Positions 36,895-47,478 of a stretch of 64,000 nt of DNA are shown in pieces. The translations under genes were made by a program, and so were the position numbers. The stretch covers positions 378,259 through 442,258 of the forward strand of contig CAZNUP010000001.1 in the NCBI GenBank assembly GCA_964576435.1, in the 5' to 3' direction. Positions within the stretch are counted from its first letter, which is position 1; each line of letters opens with the position of its first letter. Source of the DNA: an uncultured Gammaproteobacteria bacterium. Its GTDB lineage: Bacteria > Patescibacteriota > Microgenomatia > JAMCZE01. The notes beneath the pieces were generated by a model. It ran no database searches. It saw only the letters and a program-made list of their open reading frames with translations, and had not been told where the DNA came from.

Positions 36895-37663
36895 TATCTT
36901 TCTATCAGTTGTAATACCTTCTTATAATGAAACCGCGAACTTAAAGCGTGGTGTTCTGGAAGAAGTTTATAACTACCTAAAAGACCAAAAATATACTTGG
37001 GAAGTAATTGTCTCTGATGATGGTTCCCCTGAAGAAGAAAGTAGAAAGCTAGCTAAAGAGTTTTGCGATGGTCATAAGGGATTTAAATTTGTCCAAAATG
37101 AACATGCAGGTAAACCATTTGCTGTTTGGTCAGGAATTCAAAAATCTCAAGGTGAAATAGTCCTTTTCACTGATATGGATCAATCAACCCCAATTTCTCA
37201 AGTTGAGAAGCTTCTTCCAAAATTTGATGCAGGTTATGATGTTGTAATTGGTAGTCGTGGCCTAAAAAGAAATAACGCTTCAGTTTTAAGAAAATTAGCG
37301 TCAGGAACTTTCTCCACCTTTAGAAGAGTAATGCTCTTGAGAAGTATTAGTGACACTCAAGCTGGTTTTAAATCTTTTAAAGCACCAGTGATTAAAGAAA
37401 TATTTCCACTTTTAGAAATAATTAAAAATCACGGATCAAAAAAAGTTGTTGGCTGGACACCAACGTCTTTTGATGTTGAGCTTCTTGTTGCAGCCAAAAG
37501 ACGTGGCTATAAAATTGCTGAAGTCCAAATTGATTGGGAAGATAGAGATGTTTCAACAGGCAAAGCAAGAGGAAATAAGAAGTTTGCCAAAGAGTCCGCT
37601 GATATGATGAAAGAAATCTTCCGCGTAAAGCTAAACGACATTCGCGGTGCTTACAAAAAATGA
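36887..37663 (+). CDS. GT2 dolichyl/polyprenyl-phosphate glucosyltransferase-like
   Basis: IPSYNE, DDGS, FTDMD, DTQAGFK and FDVE motifs; GTG start inferred. Confidence 0.85.
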   Translation: MNNIFLSVVIPSYNETANLKRGVLEEVYNYLKDQKYTWEVIVSDDGSPEEESRKLAKEFCDGHKGFKFVQNEHAGKPFAVWSGIQKSQGEIVLFTDMDQSTPISQVEKLLPKFDAGYDVVIGSRGLKRNNASVLRKLASGTFSTFRRVMLLRSISDTQAGFKSFKAPVIKEIFPLLEIIKNHGSKKVVGWTPTSFDVELLVAAKRRGYKIAEVQIDWEDRDVSTGKARGNKKFAKESADMMKEIFRVKLNDIRGAYKK

Positions 37664-38655
37664 TAGCAGTCTTATATTTACTTGTTCTAATTGCTCTAGG
37701 AGTTTACTCCTATTCTCAAATTGATTTAAATCTTACTCTTTTTCAAAACCCAGTCTTTCTAAATTTCCAAAACTCCATGATTCAACTTGGTTATTTCCAT
37801 CGTCCGGAGTCTGGATTAATTTTTGTTGTCTTAACATTACTCTTGTCACTTTTCTATTTTCTATTAATTCGCTCACCAAAAGACTGGAAATTAGTCGTTG
37901 GTGGACTGATTGTCCTTGGGCTTATTTGTTATCCAGCATTTTCGCATGACATTTTTAACTACATATTTGACGCGAGAATTTTTGCTTATCATCATCAAAA
38001 TCCATACACGCACACTGCCTTAATGTTTAAAGGTGATGACTGGACCAGGTTTATGAATTGGACGCATAGAGTTTATCCCTATGGTCCATCATTTTTAGCA
38101 ATAACCATAGGTTTTTATTTCTTAGGTCTTGGAAAGTTTATCCTAACCCTTCTTTCTTTTAAGATAATGTCTCTTTTGGCTTTTGGTGGTAGCTCATACA
38201 TTATTTACAAGTTAGCTGGAAAAAGAGGATTAATGTTTTTTGCGGCTAACCCTCTAATTATTTACGAGGTAATAATTTCTGACCATTTGGATATATTGAT
38301 GTTGTTCTTTGCTCTCCTTGGTTGGTACCTTCTTATAAAGCCTCAAAAAAAAGTTTTGTCTTATCTCTCCCTCCTTGTGTCAGTGGGAATTAAATTTGTA
38401 ACAGTTCTTTTAGTGCCCGCATTTATCTTGAAGAATTTGAAGTTGGCCGTCATTCTAGCCTTTGTTGGTGCGGGTTTGCAGGTTTTGTCTCGTGAGGTCT
38501 TGCCACATTATCTAATTGTTCCAATTGGTTTTGCTGCTTTAATGCCTGAGAATAAAAAACTAATTTACGGAACAGCTATTGCCTCAATTCTTATTCTTTT
38601 CATCCGTTACTACCCATTTATTTCAACAGGTAAATGGTTACCTTTAAGCTTTTAA
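37660..38655 (+). CDS. GT-C glycosyltransferase, MptA/MptB-like
   Basis: SHDIFNY, NPY, YPYGP, NPL and HLD motifs. Confidence 0.75.
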   Translation: MIAVLYLLVLIALGVYSYSQIDLNLTLFQNPVFLNFQNSMIQLGYFHRPESGLIFVVLTLLLSLFYFLLIRSPKDWKLVVGGLIVLGLICYPAFSHDIFNYIFDARIFAYHHQNPYTHTALMFKGDDWTRFMNWTHRVYPYGPSFLAITIGFYFLGLGKFILTLLSFKIMSLLAFGGSSYIIYKLAGKRGLMFFAANPLIIYEVIISDHLDILMLFFALLGWYLLIKPQKKVLSYLSLLVSVGIKFVTVLLVPAFILKNLKLAVILAFVGAGLQVLSREVLPHYLIVPIGFAALMPENKKLIYGTAIASILILFIRYYPFISTGKWLPLSF

Positions 38656-40331
38656 TTCTTGGAGATTAAACCCTGCTCTAGAAGTTTCTTCACCATCTCT
38701 GGGTATACATCTTTTCTGAAGTTAAAATTATCATCTAAGTTAAAGTCACCCCTTTTAGATTCGTTAAAATGATAGCCTTTAAGTCTTGTGTAGTTGTTAT
38801 CAAGGAAATTAACGAAGAAATTATTAAACTCACTGGAGAGCCCGAATGCACTATAGTCCCTCCTAAAAACAATCACTTTTGCCGAATTATTTTTATAGTC
38901 AGAAAGTATTTGATTTTTAATCAAAGGAATACCTGCAAACTGCGGCAAGATCCAATGGTATTTTGAAGGTGCCTTACATTTCAAATAAAACATTTCTTCA
39001 AATTCAAATGGTCCCGCCCAACAATACTCATTTGGTGAAACGAGTCCGTTAATAATTGGAGCGACAATCGGTCTGTCATAAACAAGCGGTGCGGTCCCCA
39101 TGTATCTGTTGTATGTGATCCTCCAGTTTTCTGAAAAAATAAATATAGCAGCAAACACCCAATAAATAGCAAGAATAATTCCAAGAATTGTGAATGCTGA
39201 TTTAGCAAGGTGGTCAGAGATTCCATTTATTTCTTTTCTCAAAAGATCAAAAACCAAAGCAAAATTCAAAATGCTCAAAATAAAGTAAACAGATGTTTGA
39301 TAGTCAGTAACTTTTATTTCTGCTGGGTTCCCGCGAGCATTTGCAAAAATTAAAAGTCCGAGAACAAGGAAGAATAGCAGTATCTTTCTTCTATAAAGAA
39401 GCCACGCAAATAAGACCATGTTTGCAAGGGCAAGTGCATGAGTCATTGGGAATCTTGGGTTAAATGAAATGATTCCGCTAACTGCAAGTTGGAAATTGTT
39501 GAAGAAGTTATTAAAGATAACTATCGCATATCTAATTGGGTTTATTGTTTCCACCCCAGCAGCTCTTGGGTAATTATAAATGTAATATTTCTGGTTATAT
39601 CCAATAGCTTCGTACATAAAATCATTGATGGATCCAGAAACTAAAAGATACAATCCAAAAGCTAAGTAAGGGACCACTAACACCAAACCAAATATGATAA
39701 GAGGCTTGATTTCAGATTTAAGTTTCGCTTTATTAAATGGCAAGAAAATTTGTCTAAGATAATAAATTGCCAATATTGCGTACACAACAATTCCTGCATA
39801 TGTGTATGTCATGGAATTTAAAATAGAAAGGAAGGTAAACCCAGAGATAACTACAATATCCGAAAGGCTAACCTTTTCCTGAAAATACATTCTGTAAAAT
39901 AGAAGTAGATAAGCAGGAACTAGAAAGAATCCACTCATCGGATCAGCAAGGAACATGTGTCCCCAAAAATAAATTGCAGCAAATGAAGTTAGAAATGCAA
40001 AAAGCCAAAAAGCCAAAATATCGAGTTTTGGCATTTTCTTCCTAAAAAGTAAAAATATTCCAACGAAATAAGCCAAAAATACTAAGCTTGTGAGAAGTCT
40101 GAATTTTACAAACGACCCTCCACCTATAAGTACTAAAGGTGCTGACAAAAAGTAAGCTAGTGGTCCATGATGTGAGAAAAATCCAGAATATGGCAATATT
40201 CCTTCGAGAATTAACTTCCCCCCAAGAATGTTATCAAATTCATCTGGATAGCTTGCAAATAGGCAGTTGGCAAGAAGAACTAAAAATAGTGCTCCAAAAA
40301 GTGCGATTGTTATTAACTTAATGTTTTTCAT
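38652..40331 (-). CDS. GT-C membrane glycosyltransferase
   Basis: PDEFDN...PY..FFSHHGPL after the first TM; multi-TM. Confidence 0.72.
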   Translation of the reverse strand: MKNIKLITIALFGALFLVLLANCLFASYPDEFDNILGGKLILEGILPYSGFFSHHGPLAYFLSAPLVLIGGGSFVKFRLLTSLVFLAYFVGIFLLFRKKMPKLDILAFWLFAFLTSFAAIYFWGHMFLADPMSGFFLVPAYLLLFYRMYFQEKVSLSDIVVISGFTFLSILNSMTYTYAGIVVYAILAIYYLRQIFLPFNKAKLKSEIKPLIIFGLVLVVPYLAFGLYLLVSGSINDFMYEAIGYNQKYYIYNYPRAAGVETINPIRYAIVIFNNFFNNFQLAVSGIISFNPRFPMTHALALANMVLFAWLLYRRKILLFFLVLGLLIFANARGNPAEIKVTDYQTSVYFILSILNFALVFDLLRKEINGISDHLAKSAFTILGIILAIYWVFAAIFIFSENWRITYNRYMGTAPLVYDRPIVAPIINGLVSPNEYCWAGPFEFEEMFYLKCKAPSKYHWILPQFAGIPLIKNQILSDYKNNSAKVIVFRRDYSAFGLSSEFNNFFVNFLDNNYTRLKGYHFNESKRGDFNLDDNFNFRKDVYPEMVKKLLEQGLISKN

Positions 40332-40344
40332 GAGATAATCAATT

Positions 40345-41934
40345 ATGGCACGTTTAGCTCTAATTGCAATTTTCGTTTTAGCTCTTCTCCTTAGAGTTTA
40401 CAGTCTTTCAACCATTCCAAATGGTTTTCACATTGATGAAGCAGCTAATGGATATATTGGTAGATATATTTTATTAAATGGCCACGACTTAGCAAATAGG
40501 CCCTGGCCGATTGACTATTCAGATAAATTTGAAGATTATCCACCAGTAATTCCCATGTATCTATCAGCACTCCCAACTTTTGTCATGGGAGTTAATGAAT
40601 TTGCAGTGAGGCTACCATCGGCAATTTTTGGTGCAATCTTAGTAGTTCTTGTTTACCAACTAGTAGTCGTTTTAACTAAAAGTAAAAGAGCTTCTCTTGT
40701 GGCTGCACTTTTAACCGCAGTCTTGCCCTGGAGTATTGTCCTTTCCAGAACAACTTCTGAAACCAGTTTCGGATTGGTTTTCTTTGCCCTTGGTTTAATT
40801 CTGGTTTTCAAAAACAAGATCGGTTGGTCAATTCCAATATTTTTACTTTCCTATTTAGTCTATCCAACCTTTAGAACTGTTATTCCAATGGTGTTTTTCG
40901 GACTTCTTTTTGTAACTGCAAGACCTTCAAGAAAAATGATTGTCACAGGTCTAGTTATAACTCTGTTGGCAACAATTCTTGCCTCTCAAACTGTTTGGGG
41001 TCAAGCAAGATTTAAAAAGATTTCCCTGTTAACAGATCCAAATACAGTAACAAGACTTGAGAAGAAGTCACAGGCATTAGGCTTTGAAGAAGGACCAAAT
41101 AATGTTTTTATAGCTCGTTTCTATCACAATAAAATAACCACAACCGCTGAAGAGTTTACTAAAAACTATCTTGACTATCTCTCTCCAAGATTCTTGTTTT
41201 TCCAAGGAGGTTTGCCTGATCGTGTTGTAGTTCCTGAGCGGGGAGTGTTATTAATATTTACTGCCTTTGTAATCATATTGGGACTTTTAATAAGTTCAAA
41301 AAACAAAAAACTAATCTACTTTTTCACATATCTATTACTGATCTCAATTATTCCAGCCGCTTTAACAATAGACGAAATCCCAAGCATAAATAGAGCTGCC
41401 CCCATGATTATTCCAATTGTCGTCTTAGTGGGTCTTGCTGCTGATGAGATTTTGGCATTAAAGTTTAAAAAACCAATTTGGATTGCTCTATCACTTGGAG
41501 CATCAGCTTTTTTGGCAATCGAACTCTTATTTTTCCTTCATTACTATTTTATTCATGCAGCCTCCTATAGAAGCTTTTCAAGAAATGATGGTGCCAAGGA
41601 AATGGCAGAATATCTAATCTCAGAGAAAAATTCAGGGAAGAAGATTCTAGCTACTGCTTCCGACTGGGAACCCATCTACTATTTATTTTATTCAAATAAT
41701 TTTTCAAAAAATTTAACACCATTTGGTAAAAAACTTTATATTAAGAACGTAGACAACATAACTTTTGTTCCAACCCTTTGCGTTACGGGTTCTGAAAGTA
41801 AAGAAACAATTTCAAAGTTCGATATCATTCTTGAGGGCGGAGGTTGTGATGAAAAGGCTGTAGGGAAAACATTAAAAGTCTTTACAAGGCAGGATGAGAG
41901 TAAGTCCTACAAAGTAATAGAAGTTAATAGATGA
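40345..41934 (+). CDS. GT-C (ArnT/PMT-like) glycosyltransferase
   Basis: LRVY...DEAANGY, VRLPSA and PW...SR motifs. Confidence 0.82.
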   Translation: MARLALIAIFVLALLLRVYSLSTIPNGFHIDEAANGYIGRYILLNGHDLANRPWPIDYSDKFEDYPPVIPMYLSALPTFVMGVNEFAVRLPSAIFGAILVVLVYQLVVVLTKSKRASLVAALLTAVLPWSIVLSRTTSETSFGLVFFALGLILVFKNKIGWSIPIFLLSYLVYPTFRTVIPMVFFGLLFVTARPSRKMIVTGLVITLLATILASQTVWGQARFKKISLLTDPNTVTRLEKKSQALGFEEGPNNVFIARFYHNKITTTAEEFTKNYLDYLSPRFLFFQGGLPDRVVVPERGVLLIFTAFVIILGLLISSKNKKLIYFFTYLLLISIIPAALTIDEIPSINRAAPMIIPIVVLVGLAADEILALKFKKPIWIALSLGASAFLAIELLFFLHYYFIHAASYRSFSRNDGAKEMAEYLISEKNSGKKILATASDWEPIYYLFYSNNFSKNLTPFGKKLYIKNVDNITFVPTLCVTGSESKETISKFDIILEGGGCDEKAVGKTLKVFTRQDESKSYKVIEVNR

Positions 41935-44210
41935 AAAAGTTCCTAATTCCATTCTTAGTTTTGCTTGTAGCAAATATCATTTTAAATTGGCAATTTTATT
42001 TCCATGGTTTAATTCCATTCCCGGGTGACCTTTTAGTATCATTCTATTTTCCATGGAACTCCGGCGGTTTTCCCGAATTTAATTCTTGGACTACTCACAA
42101 AGAAGTTGTTGGTGCCGATGCTATTAGACAAATTTATCCCTGGAAAGAACTGGTGATAAATCAGTTGAAAATAGGCGAGTGGCCACTTTGGAACCCTTAT
42201 AATTTTTCTGGCACCCCCCTTTTGGCAAACCTTCAATCATCAGTCTTCTCCCCTGTTAATTTAGTATTTTTTGTTCTGCCATTTGTTTGGGGTTGGATCA
42301 GTCTTGTAATGTTCCTGCCAGTAATTTTTGGGTTTGGTTTTTATCTTTTCTTTAAATCTTTAAATTTAAAAACGATCCCGTCACTTTTTGGCGCACTGGT
42401 TGTCATGAATATTTCTTACATCACAATTTGGGAAGAGCAATTAATTCATATTCAAAGTATTTTATTTTTACCCTTCATCCTTCTTGCTATAAATTACAAA
42501 AAATATTGGTTTGTACCCATTTTTATTGCTCTAAGTGTCTTTGGTGGTCACATTCAAACAGTTACCTATATTTGTATTCTAACTTTCCTTTTTAGTCTAT
42601 TTAAAAAAGTCCCACTTAAATGGATTGCTTTTATATTTGTAACTGGTCTATTAGCTGCAAGTGTCCAACTACTTCCGACATTGGAATTATTCATGAGTTC
42701 AGCTAGAGACGGTTCGGAAACTTTAAGACTGTTTCCAACAACCATAATTCCCTCACAATCTTTCATTACCCTATTAATTCCTGATTTTTTCGGTAACCCT
42801 GCCACTGGGAATTTTTGGGGAGTCGATTACGCAAACTTTGAGCTTTTTGCCGGTGCTTTAGCAATATTTTTTGGTCTAATTGGTTTAATTTCTGGTTGGA
42901 AAAGATCGTTTGTGAAATTTTTTACTTTAATTTTTGTCATAGGTCTAGTTTTTGCAGCGACTCCCCTAGCTTACATTTGGCCAACACTTCATGTTCCTGT
43001 ATTGTCTTCAAGTAATGCCTCAAGAATTTTCTTGTTATCATTCATTTCAATTTCAGTTCTAGCTGCAGTGGGTTTAGAAAATACTCTCTACTATTTTAAT
43101 GAACATAAGAAATCTATATTTGTGAGTTGTTCTATTTTTATAGGAGTCTTTTTATTAATAATTTCCTATTCTATATTTTTACCTTCAGCCTTTAGGTCAA
43201 TTGCTATTAGGAATACATTTATCCCAGGGGTTGTAGTTGGTGTCGGGCTTTTTGTGGTCGCTATAAATTTGATTTTCAAAAACAAAAAGACAGTTTTAAT
43301 TCTTTCAGCAATTTTGATATTCATGGCAGCTAGTTTTGAATACACAATTTTCTACAACAAGTATCAGCCCTTTTCGAGTCCTAGTTTTGTTTTCCCAAAT
43401 CACCCTGTTTTTACTTTTCTTGAAGATAAAGCAGATGAAAATAGATTTTTTGGTTCCAGTGGTTCTTATGTTGAAACAAATTTTGCTACTAAGTTCAAAG
43501 TATTTGCTCCAGAAGGATATGACTCTCTCTATATTAAAAGATATGGAGAATTACTGGCTTCTAGTGATAAAGGAACGCTACCAAAGTCAGTCATGCGCTC
43601 TGACGCTTATGTAGGTAGGTTAGAAAACAAAAATAGGGAAAAATTGTTTGATCTACTGGGTATTAAATATATTCTTGAGAAAAATGATGCAGCAACAGGC
43701 AGTGCCATTATTGGTGATAGGATGGTTTGGCACGATGGAAAATTTTTCGCTTTCGAAAGAAAGTCAGTTTCGCCTAGAGTTTTTCTAGCAAGTGACTACG
43801 AAGTATTAACTAAAAATATTTTAGATCGCTTCTATGAAAAAGATTTTGACTATAAAGACTCTCTGATTCTCGAAAAGTCTCCAACACTAAAACCTGAAGA
43901 GGGGGGCTCACCAAGTGCAAATATTACTTTCTACTCGCCAAATAAAGTGATAATAAATACAACATCAACTAAACCAAAAATTCTTTTCCTTTCTGATGTC
44001 TATTTCCCAGGTTGGCAAGTAAATATAGACGGAAAACAAGCTGAAATATACAGAGCTGACTACACATTTAGAGCTGTGCCTATTTCAGCTGGTAATCATG
44101 TTGTTACATTTATTTATGATCCAAAAAACTTTAAACTTGGTTTATTAATTTCCGTTTTGACATTGTTGTCACTTTTAGGTTTATGTTTAAAAAAATCCTT
44201 CCATTCTTAA
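41931..44210 (+). CDS. YfhO-family GT-C membrane protein
   Basis: PLWNPY.FSG.P, GHIQ and YFPGW...DG...FRAV...GNH motifs. Confidence 0.85.
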   Translation: MKKFLIPFLVLLVANIILNWQFYFHGLIPFPGDLLVSFYFPWNSGGFPEFNSWTTHKEVVGADAIRQIYPWKELVINQLKIGEWPLWNPYNFSGTPLLANLQSSVFSPVNLVFFVLPFVWGWISLVMFLPVIFGFGFYLFFKSLNLKTIPSLFGALVVMNISYITIWEEQLIHIQSILFLPFILLAINYKKYWFVPIFIALSVFGGHIQTVTYICILTFLFSLFKKVPLKWIAFIFVTGLLAASVQLLPTLELFMSSARDGSETLRLFPTTIIPSQSFITLLIPDFFGNPATGNFWGVDYANFELFAGALAIFFGLIGLISGWKRSFVKFFTLIFVIGLVFAATPLAYIWPTLHVPVLSSSNASRIFLLSFISISVLAAVGLENTLYYFNEHKKSIFVSCSIFIGVFLLIISYSIFLPSAFRSIAIRNTFIPGVVVGVGLFVVAINLIFKNKKTVLILSAILIFMAASFEYTIFYNKYQPFSSPSFVFPNHPVFTFLEDKADENRFFGSSGSYVETNFATKFKVFAPEGYDSLYIKRYGELLASSDKGTLPKSVMRSDAYVGRLENKNREKLFDLLGIKYILEKNDAATGSAIIGDRMVWHDGKFFAFERKSVSPRVFLASDYEVLTKNILDRFYEKDFDYKDSLILEKSPTLKPEEGGSPSANITFYSPNKVIINTTSTKPKILFLSDVYFPGWQVNIDGKQAEIYRADYTFRAVPISAGNHVVTFIYDPKNFKLGLLISVLTLLSLLGLCLKKSFHS

Positions 44211-45577
44211 TAGTTATAATTCTGACTCTTCCGGTAGTGGTCCCATTGCTGATGCCTGGTTTTTTTAAATCAGACGATGGGGGATGGATGGTTATTAGAC
44301 TTTCAGCTTTCCACCAAACTCTAAAGACCGGTCAATTTCCAGTTCGATTCTTAGAACCGCTCAATCATGGCTATGGTTATCCAGTGACTAATTTTCTTTA
44401 CCCACTACCATTCTATATGGGAGAAATAATTCATCTATTAGGTTTTAGTTTTATAAATACGGTAAAGCTACTTTTTGCCTTTGGATTTATATTCGGCGCA
44501 ATCTTCATGTATCTATGGACCAGAAAATGGGGACAACTGCCAGGGATTGTTTCCGCAACAATTTATACATTTTTCATCTATAGAATTACCGATGTCTATC
44601 AAAGAGGTTCCCTTGGTGAATCAGTGGCTTTTATGTTTGTTCCGCTAATTTTCCTGTTTATTGATAAAAAGAAAATCCCCTTGGCGGCTTTAGCAACAGC
44701 TGCCTTAATTATGTCTCACAACTCACTGGCATTGATGTTTTTGCCAATAATACTTTTGTACGGATTTTTTATTACAAAGTTAAACTTTAAAGCTCTAGGA
44801 ATAATGTTAGCTTTGTCTCTAGGTGTGTCTGCTTTTTTCTGGATTCCTGCTCTTTATGACCTACAGTACACCAAGGCTTTTGAAACACAGGTTTCTGATT
44901 TCCAAAACTACTTCCTCTCAGATTGGCTAGTAATTTTAGAAATATTTGTTCCCCTTGTGGTTGGTTTCATCCTTTTAAAGAAAAAATTAATTTTCTGGGG
45001 GGTAATAACAGTGGGTGCAGTTTTTCTAGCACTTCCAATTAGTAATTTCTTATGGGAAATTTTGCCGCTTCCAAAGTTGATTCAGTTTCCTTGGCGCTTT
45101 TTAGCGATACCAACTTTTACGATTGCAGTAGTAGCTGGATTAATTGCACAAAAAAATAAATATCTAGGTATTGGTCTATTAATTATTTTTCTAGTGATTG
45201 GCGTCTCAGTTCTCCGCATTGACAGAACTTTCGAGCCAGATAATTACTATTATACAAATGATGACACTACAACGGTTAAAAATGAATATATGCCTATTTG
45301 GGTTAAATCAAATCCTACAGAAAAGCCTCCAGTTGAGTTTCAAATAGTTGATGGACGAATGCAAATAAATAAAGTCTATTTTCCAGGGGCAACAGTTTTA
45401 GTGAATGGGGAAAGTGTCCCAATAAATTATTCCTATAACGGCTTTGTCCAAATTGAAGTTCCAGGAAGCCAAGACGATGTTCAATTTAAATATTATGAAC
45501 CGCCACTTCACTTAATAGCAGATACCATCTCAGTAATAGCATTTATTATAGTTCTATTTCTATGCGTAAACTCATAA
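44183..45577 (+). CDS. YfhO-related (PTPS-related membrane domain) GT-C protein
   Basis: GQFPVR, GYGYP, RG.LGE and QFPWRF motifs. Confidence 0.8.
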   Translation: MFKKILPFLIVIILTLPVVVPLLMPGFFKSDDGGWMVIRLSAFHQTLKTGQFPVRFLEPLNHGYGYPVTNFLYPLPFYMGEIIHLLGFSFINTVKLLFAFGFIFGAIFMYLWTRKWGQLPGIVSATIYTFFIYRITDVYQRGSLGESVAFMFVPLIFLFIDKKKIPLAALATAALIMSHNSLALMFLPIILLYGFFITKLNFKALGIMLALSLGVSAFFWIPALYDLQYTKAFETQVSDFQNYFLSDWLVILEIFVPLVVGFILLKKKLIFWGVITVGAVFLALPISNFLWEILPLPKLIQFPWRFLAIPTFTIAVVAGLIAQKNKYLGIGLLIIFLVIGVSVLRIDRTFEPDNYYYTNDDTTTVKNEYMPIWVKSNPTEKPPVEFQIVDGRMQINKVYFPGATVLVNGESVPINYSYNGFVQIEVPGSQDDVQFKYYEPPLHLIADTISVIAFIIVLFLCVNS

Positions 45578-46980
45578 TTTTTGGCATTTGGCTTCTTGGT
45601 ACAGTTGTAGTTTTAAGAAGCATAATGTTTGGCGGAATCCCCTTTTGGTTTGACCCAGCAAGAGACATGTTACTCGCTGTAGCCAATCTTTCGAAGTTGA
45701 CTCTTCTAGGTGTGCCAACAGGTATTCCCGGTTTAAACTACGGTCCTTATTGGGTTTGGTTTTTAAGTTTTGCTACCATTTTTTCAAAAGACCCAAGACT
45801 TGCTTCATTTCTAGTTTTAGGGGTTCCTTATCTTTTTATTCTGCCAGCGCTTCTATTTAAATTGCGAGGAACTTTTAAACTTGAAGCCGCATTAGCTATC
45901 TGGTTAATTTTGATTTGTAACTTTGAATCTTATGCGTCATTTATTTGGAATCCGCATCTTGCACCATTTCTATTTTTTCTCCTCTTCTTTATTTCAGTAA
46001 AAGCATTCACAAAAAAAGCGTCATCACCTTTAATCTTCATTGCCTTTGGTTTTGTTGCTGGTTTGATCTTTAATTTTAGTTTCGCTTTTGGAATTGCTGC
46101 CTTTTTTGCTTCATTTATAACTTTAATTTTCTATCGTGTGCATTTGAAAAATTTTGCGGCTTTCATCCTTGGTGCGGGTGTAGCATTTCTACCTACACTA
46201 ATCTTTGAACTAAGACACGGCTTTAATGAGGTTCAAACATTATTTAGAGATGTAACAAACACCCTCTTCTATAACACAGCAATTGTTGGTCAACATGGTC
46301 TTTCTCAAACAAGCATAAAAATGGAACTGATTGGAGTCATTTCTAAAACCTTTGTGATTCCTTGGCAACTTTCTTGTCTGATTTTTGTTCTACTTTTAGC
46401 TTTAGCTTGGAAAAGAAGAAAAGATTTAAAACCAATTCTCCTCCCAGCCCTAACCCTCCTCATATTGGTAGTTATTCTCTTGTCATCAAAAAATCCCGTT
46501 TGGGGATATCACACAATTGGAATTGAAAGCATTCTATTAATTATCACAGGGTATTTAGTAAGCAGGTTTAGGTTTCTGCCAACAATTTTTCTATTTTTTG
46601 CCTGTTTGCTCTTAATTCAAAAACTAATACCAGTAATAAAAGATCCAACTCCAGACTTTACAACATTTTCTTCACTTGCCTCAAAAGAATTGGTTACCAG
46701 AGGAGTTGTTTCTGATGCTGGGAATAACCCATACGCCGTGGCGGCAAGAGACCCCGGAATCTATACCTATGATTTTGACTATCTTTTCTCCTGGTTAGCA
46801 AGTAAAAACAAGCCATCCCCGGTCGGAGAAGTCAAAACTGTCTATTTAATTATTCCAAAAACTGGTAAAGGAGAAGAGTTAGATTTTATTCACTATAAAA
46901 CTCCAGATAGAGACTATAAAACAGTTTGGAGAAAAACATTTCCTGACCAGACATTAGTTATAAAAAGATTTAATGATTAA
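45562..46980 (+). CDS. GT-C membrane glycosyltransferase
   Basis: DPARD, GP.W, WNPH and FELRHGF motifs; paralogue of 35419. Confidence 0.75.
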   Translation: MRKLIIFGIWLLGTVVVLRSIMFGGIPFWFDPARDMLLAVANLSKLTLLGVPTGIPGLNYGPYWVWFLSFATIFSKDPRLASFLVLGVPYLFILPALLFKLRGTFKLEAALAIWLILICNFESYASFIWNPHLAPFLFFLLFFISVKAFTKKASSPLIFIAFGFVAGLIFNFSFAFGIAAFFASFITLIFYRVHLKNFAAFILGAGVAFLPTLIFELRHGFNEVQTLFRDVTNTLFYNTAIVGQHGLSQTSIKMELIGVISKTFVIPWQLSCLIFVLLLALAWKRRKDLKPILLPALTLLILVVILLSSKNPVWGYHTIGIESILLIITGYLVSRFRFLPTIFLFFACLLLIQKLIPVIKDPTPDFTTFSSLASKELVTRGVVSDAGNNPYAVAARDPGIYTYDFDYLFSWLASKNKPSPVGEVKTVYLIIPKTGKGEELDFIHYKTPDRDYKTVWRKTFPDQTLVIKRFND

Positions 46981-47432
46981 ACCTCAAAGTTTTTTACTTT
47001 GACATCTTTTACTAACTTTTTACTCTCTTCAAATCTTAAGTTTGTTATCGCCTCATCAATTTCAAACCACCTTACATCCTTTTGAGTTAATTTTTCATTG
47101 TCAGTCAGTTTAACAGTCTCTTTGTTAACCGGTCCACCGGTTGCTAAAAACCAATAAACGGTTTTTTCTCGCAAAATTCCATCAGCTAGCTTAAAGTGAA
47201 ACTTGCTTATGTCGATTTGTTCCATTATTTTTAAATTTTCTATCCCTGTTTCTTCAATAGTTTCTCGGTATGCTGCCTGTTCGGGCGTCTCTCCACTTTC
47301 TACGGTTCCCTTTGGTAACACCCATCCGAAGTCTTTTTTATTCCATTCTTTGTAGATAAGGAGAACGAGTATTTTGTCTTTGTCTTTTCTTAATACGACA
47401 CAACCAGCCGAAATATAGTGTTTGTCCTTCAT
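46977..47432 (-). CDS. NUDIX hydrolase
   Basis: Nudix box PKGTVESGETPEQAAYRETIEETG. Confidence 0.92.
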   Translation of the reverse strand: MKDKHYISAGCVVLRKDKDKILVLLIYKEWNKKDFGWVLPKGTVESGETPEQAAYRETIEETGIENLKIMEQIDISKFHFKLADGILREKTVYWFLATGGPVNKETVKLTDNEKLTQKDVRWFEIDEAITNLRFEESKKLVKDVKVKNFEV

Positions 47433-47478
47433 ATTTGAATTTTACCTGGTTTTATTCCCAAAAGGGTATAATGTACTA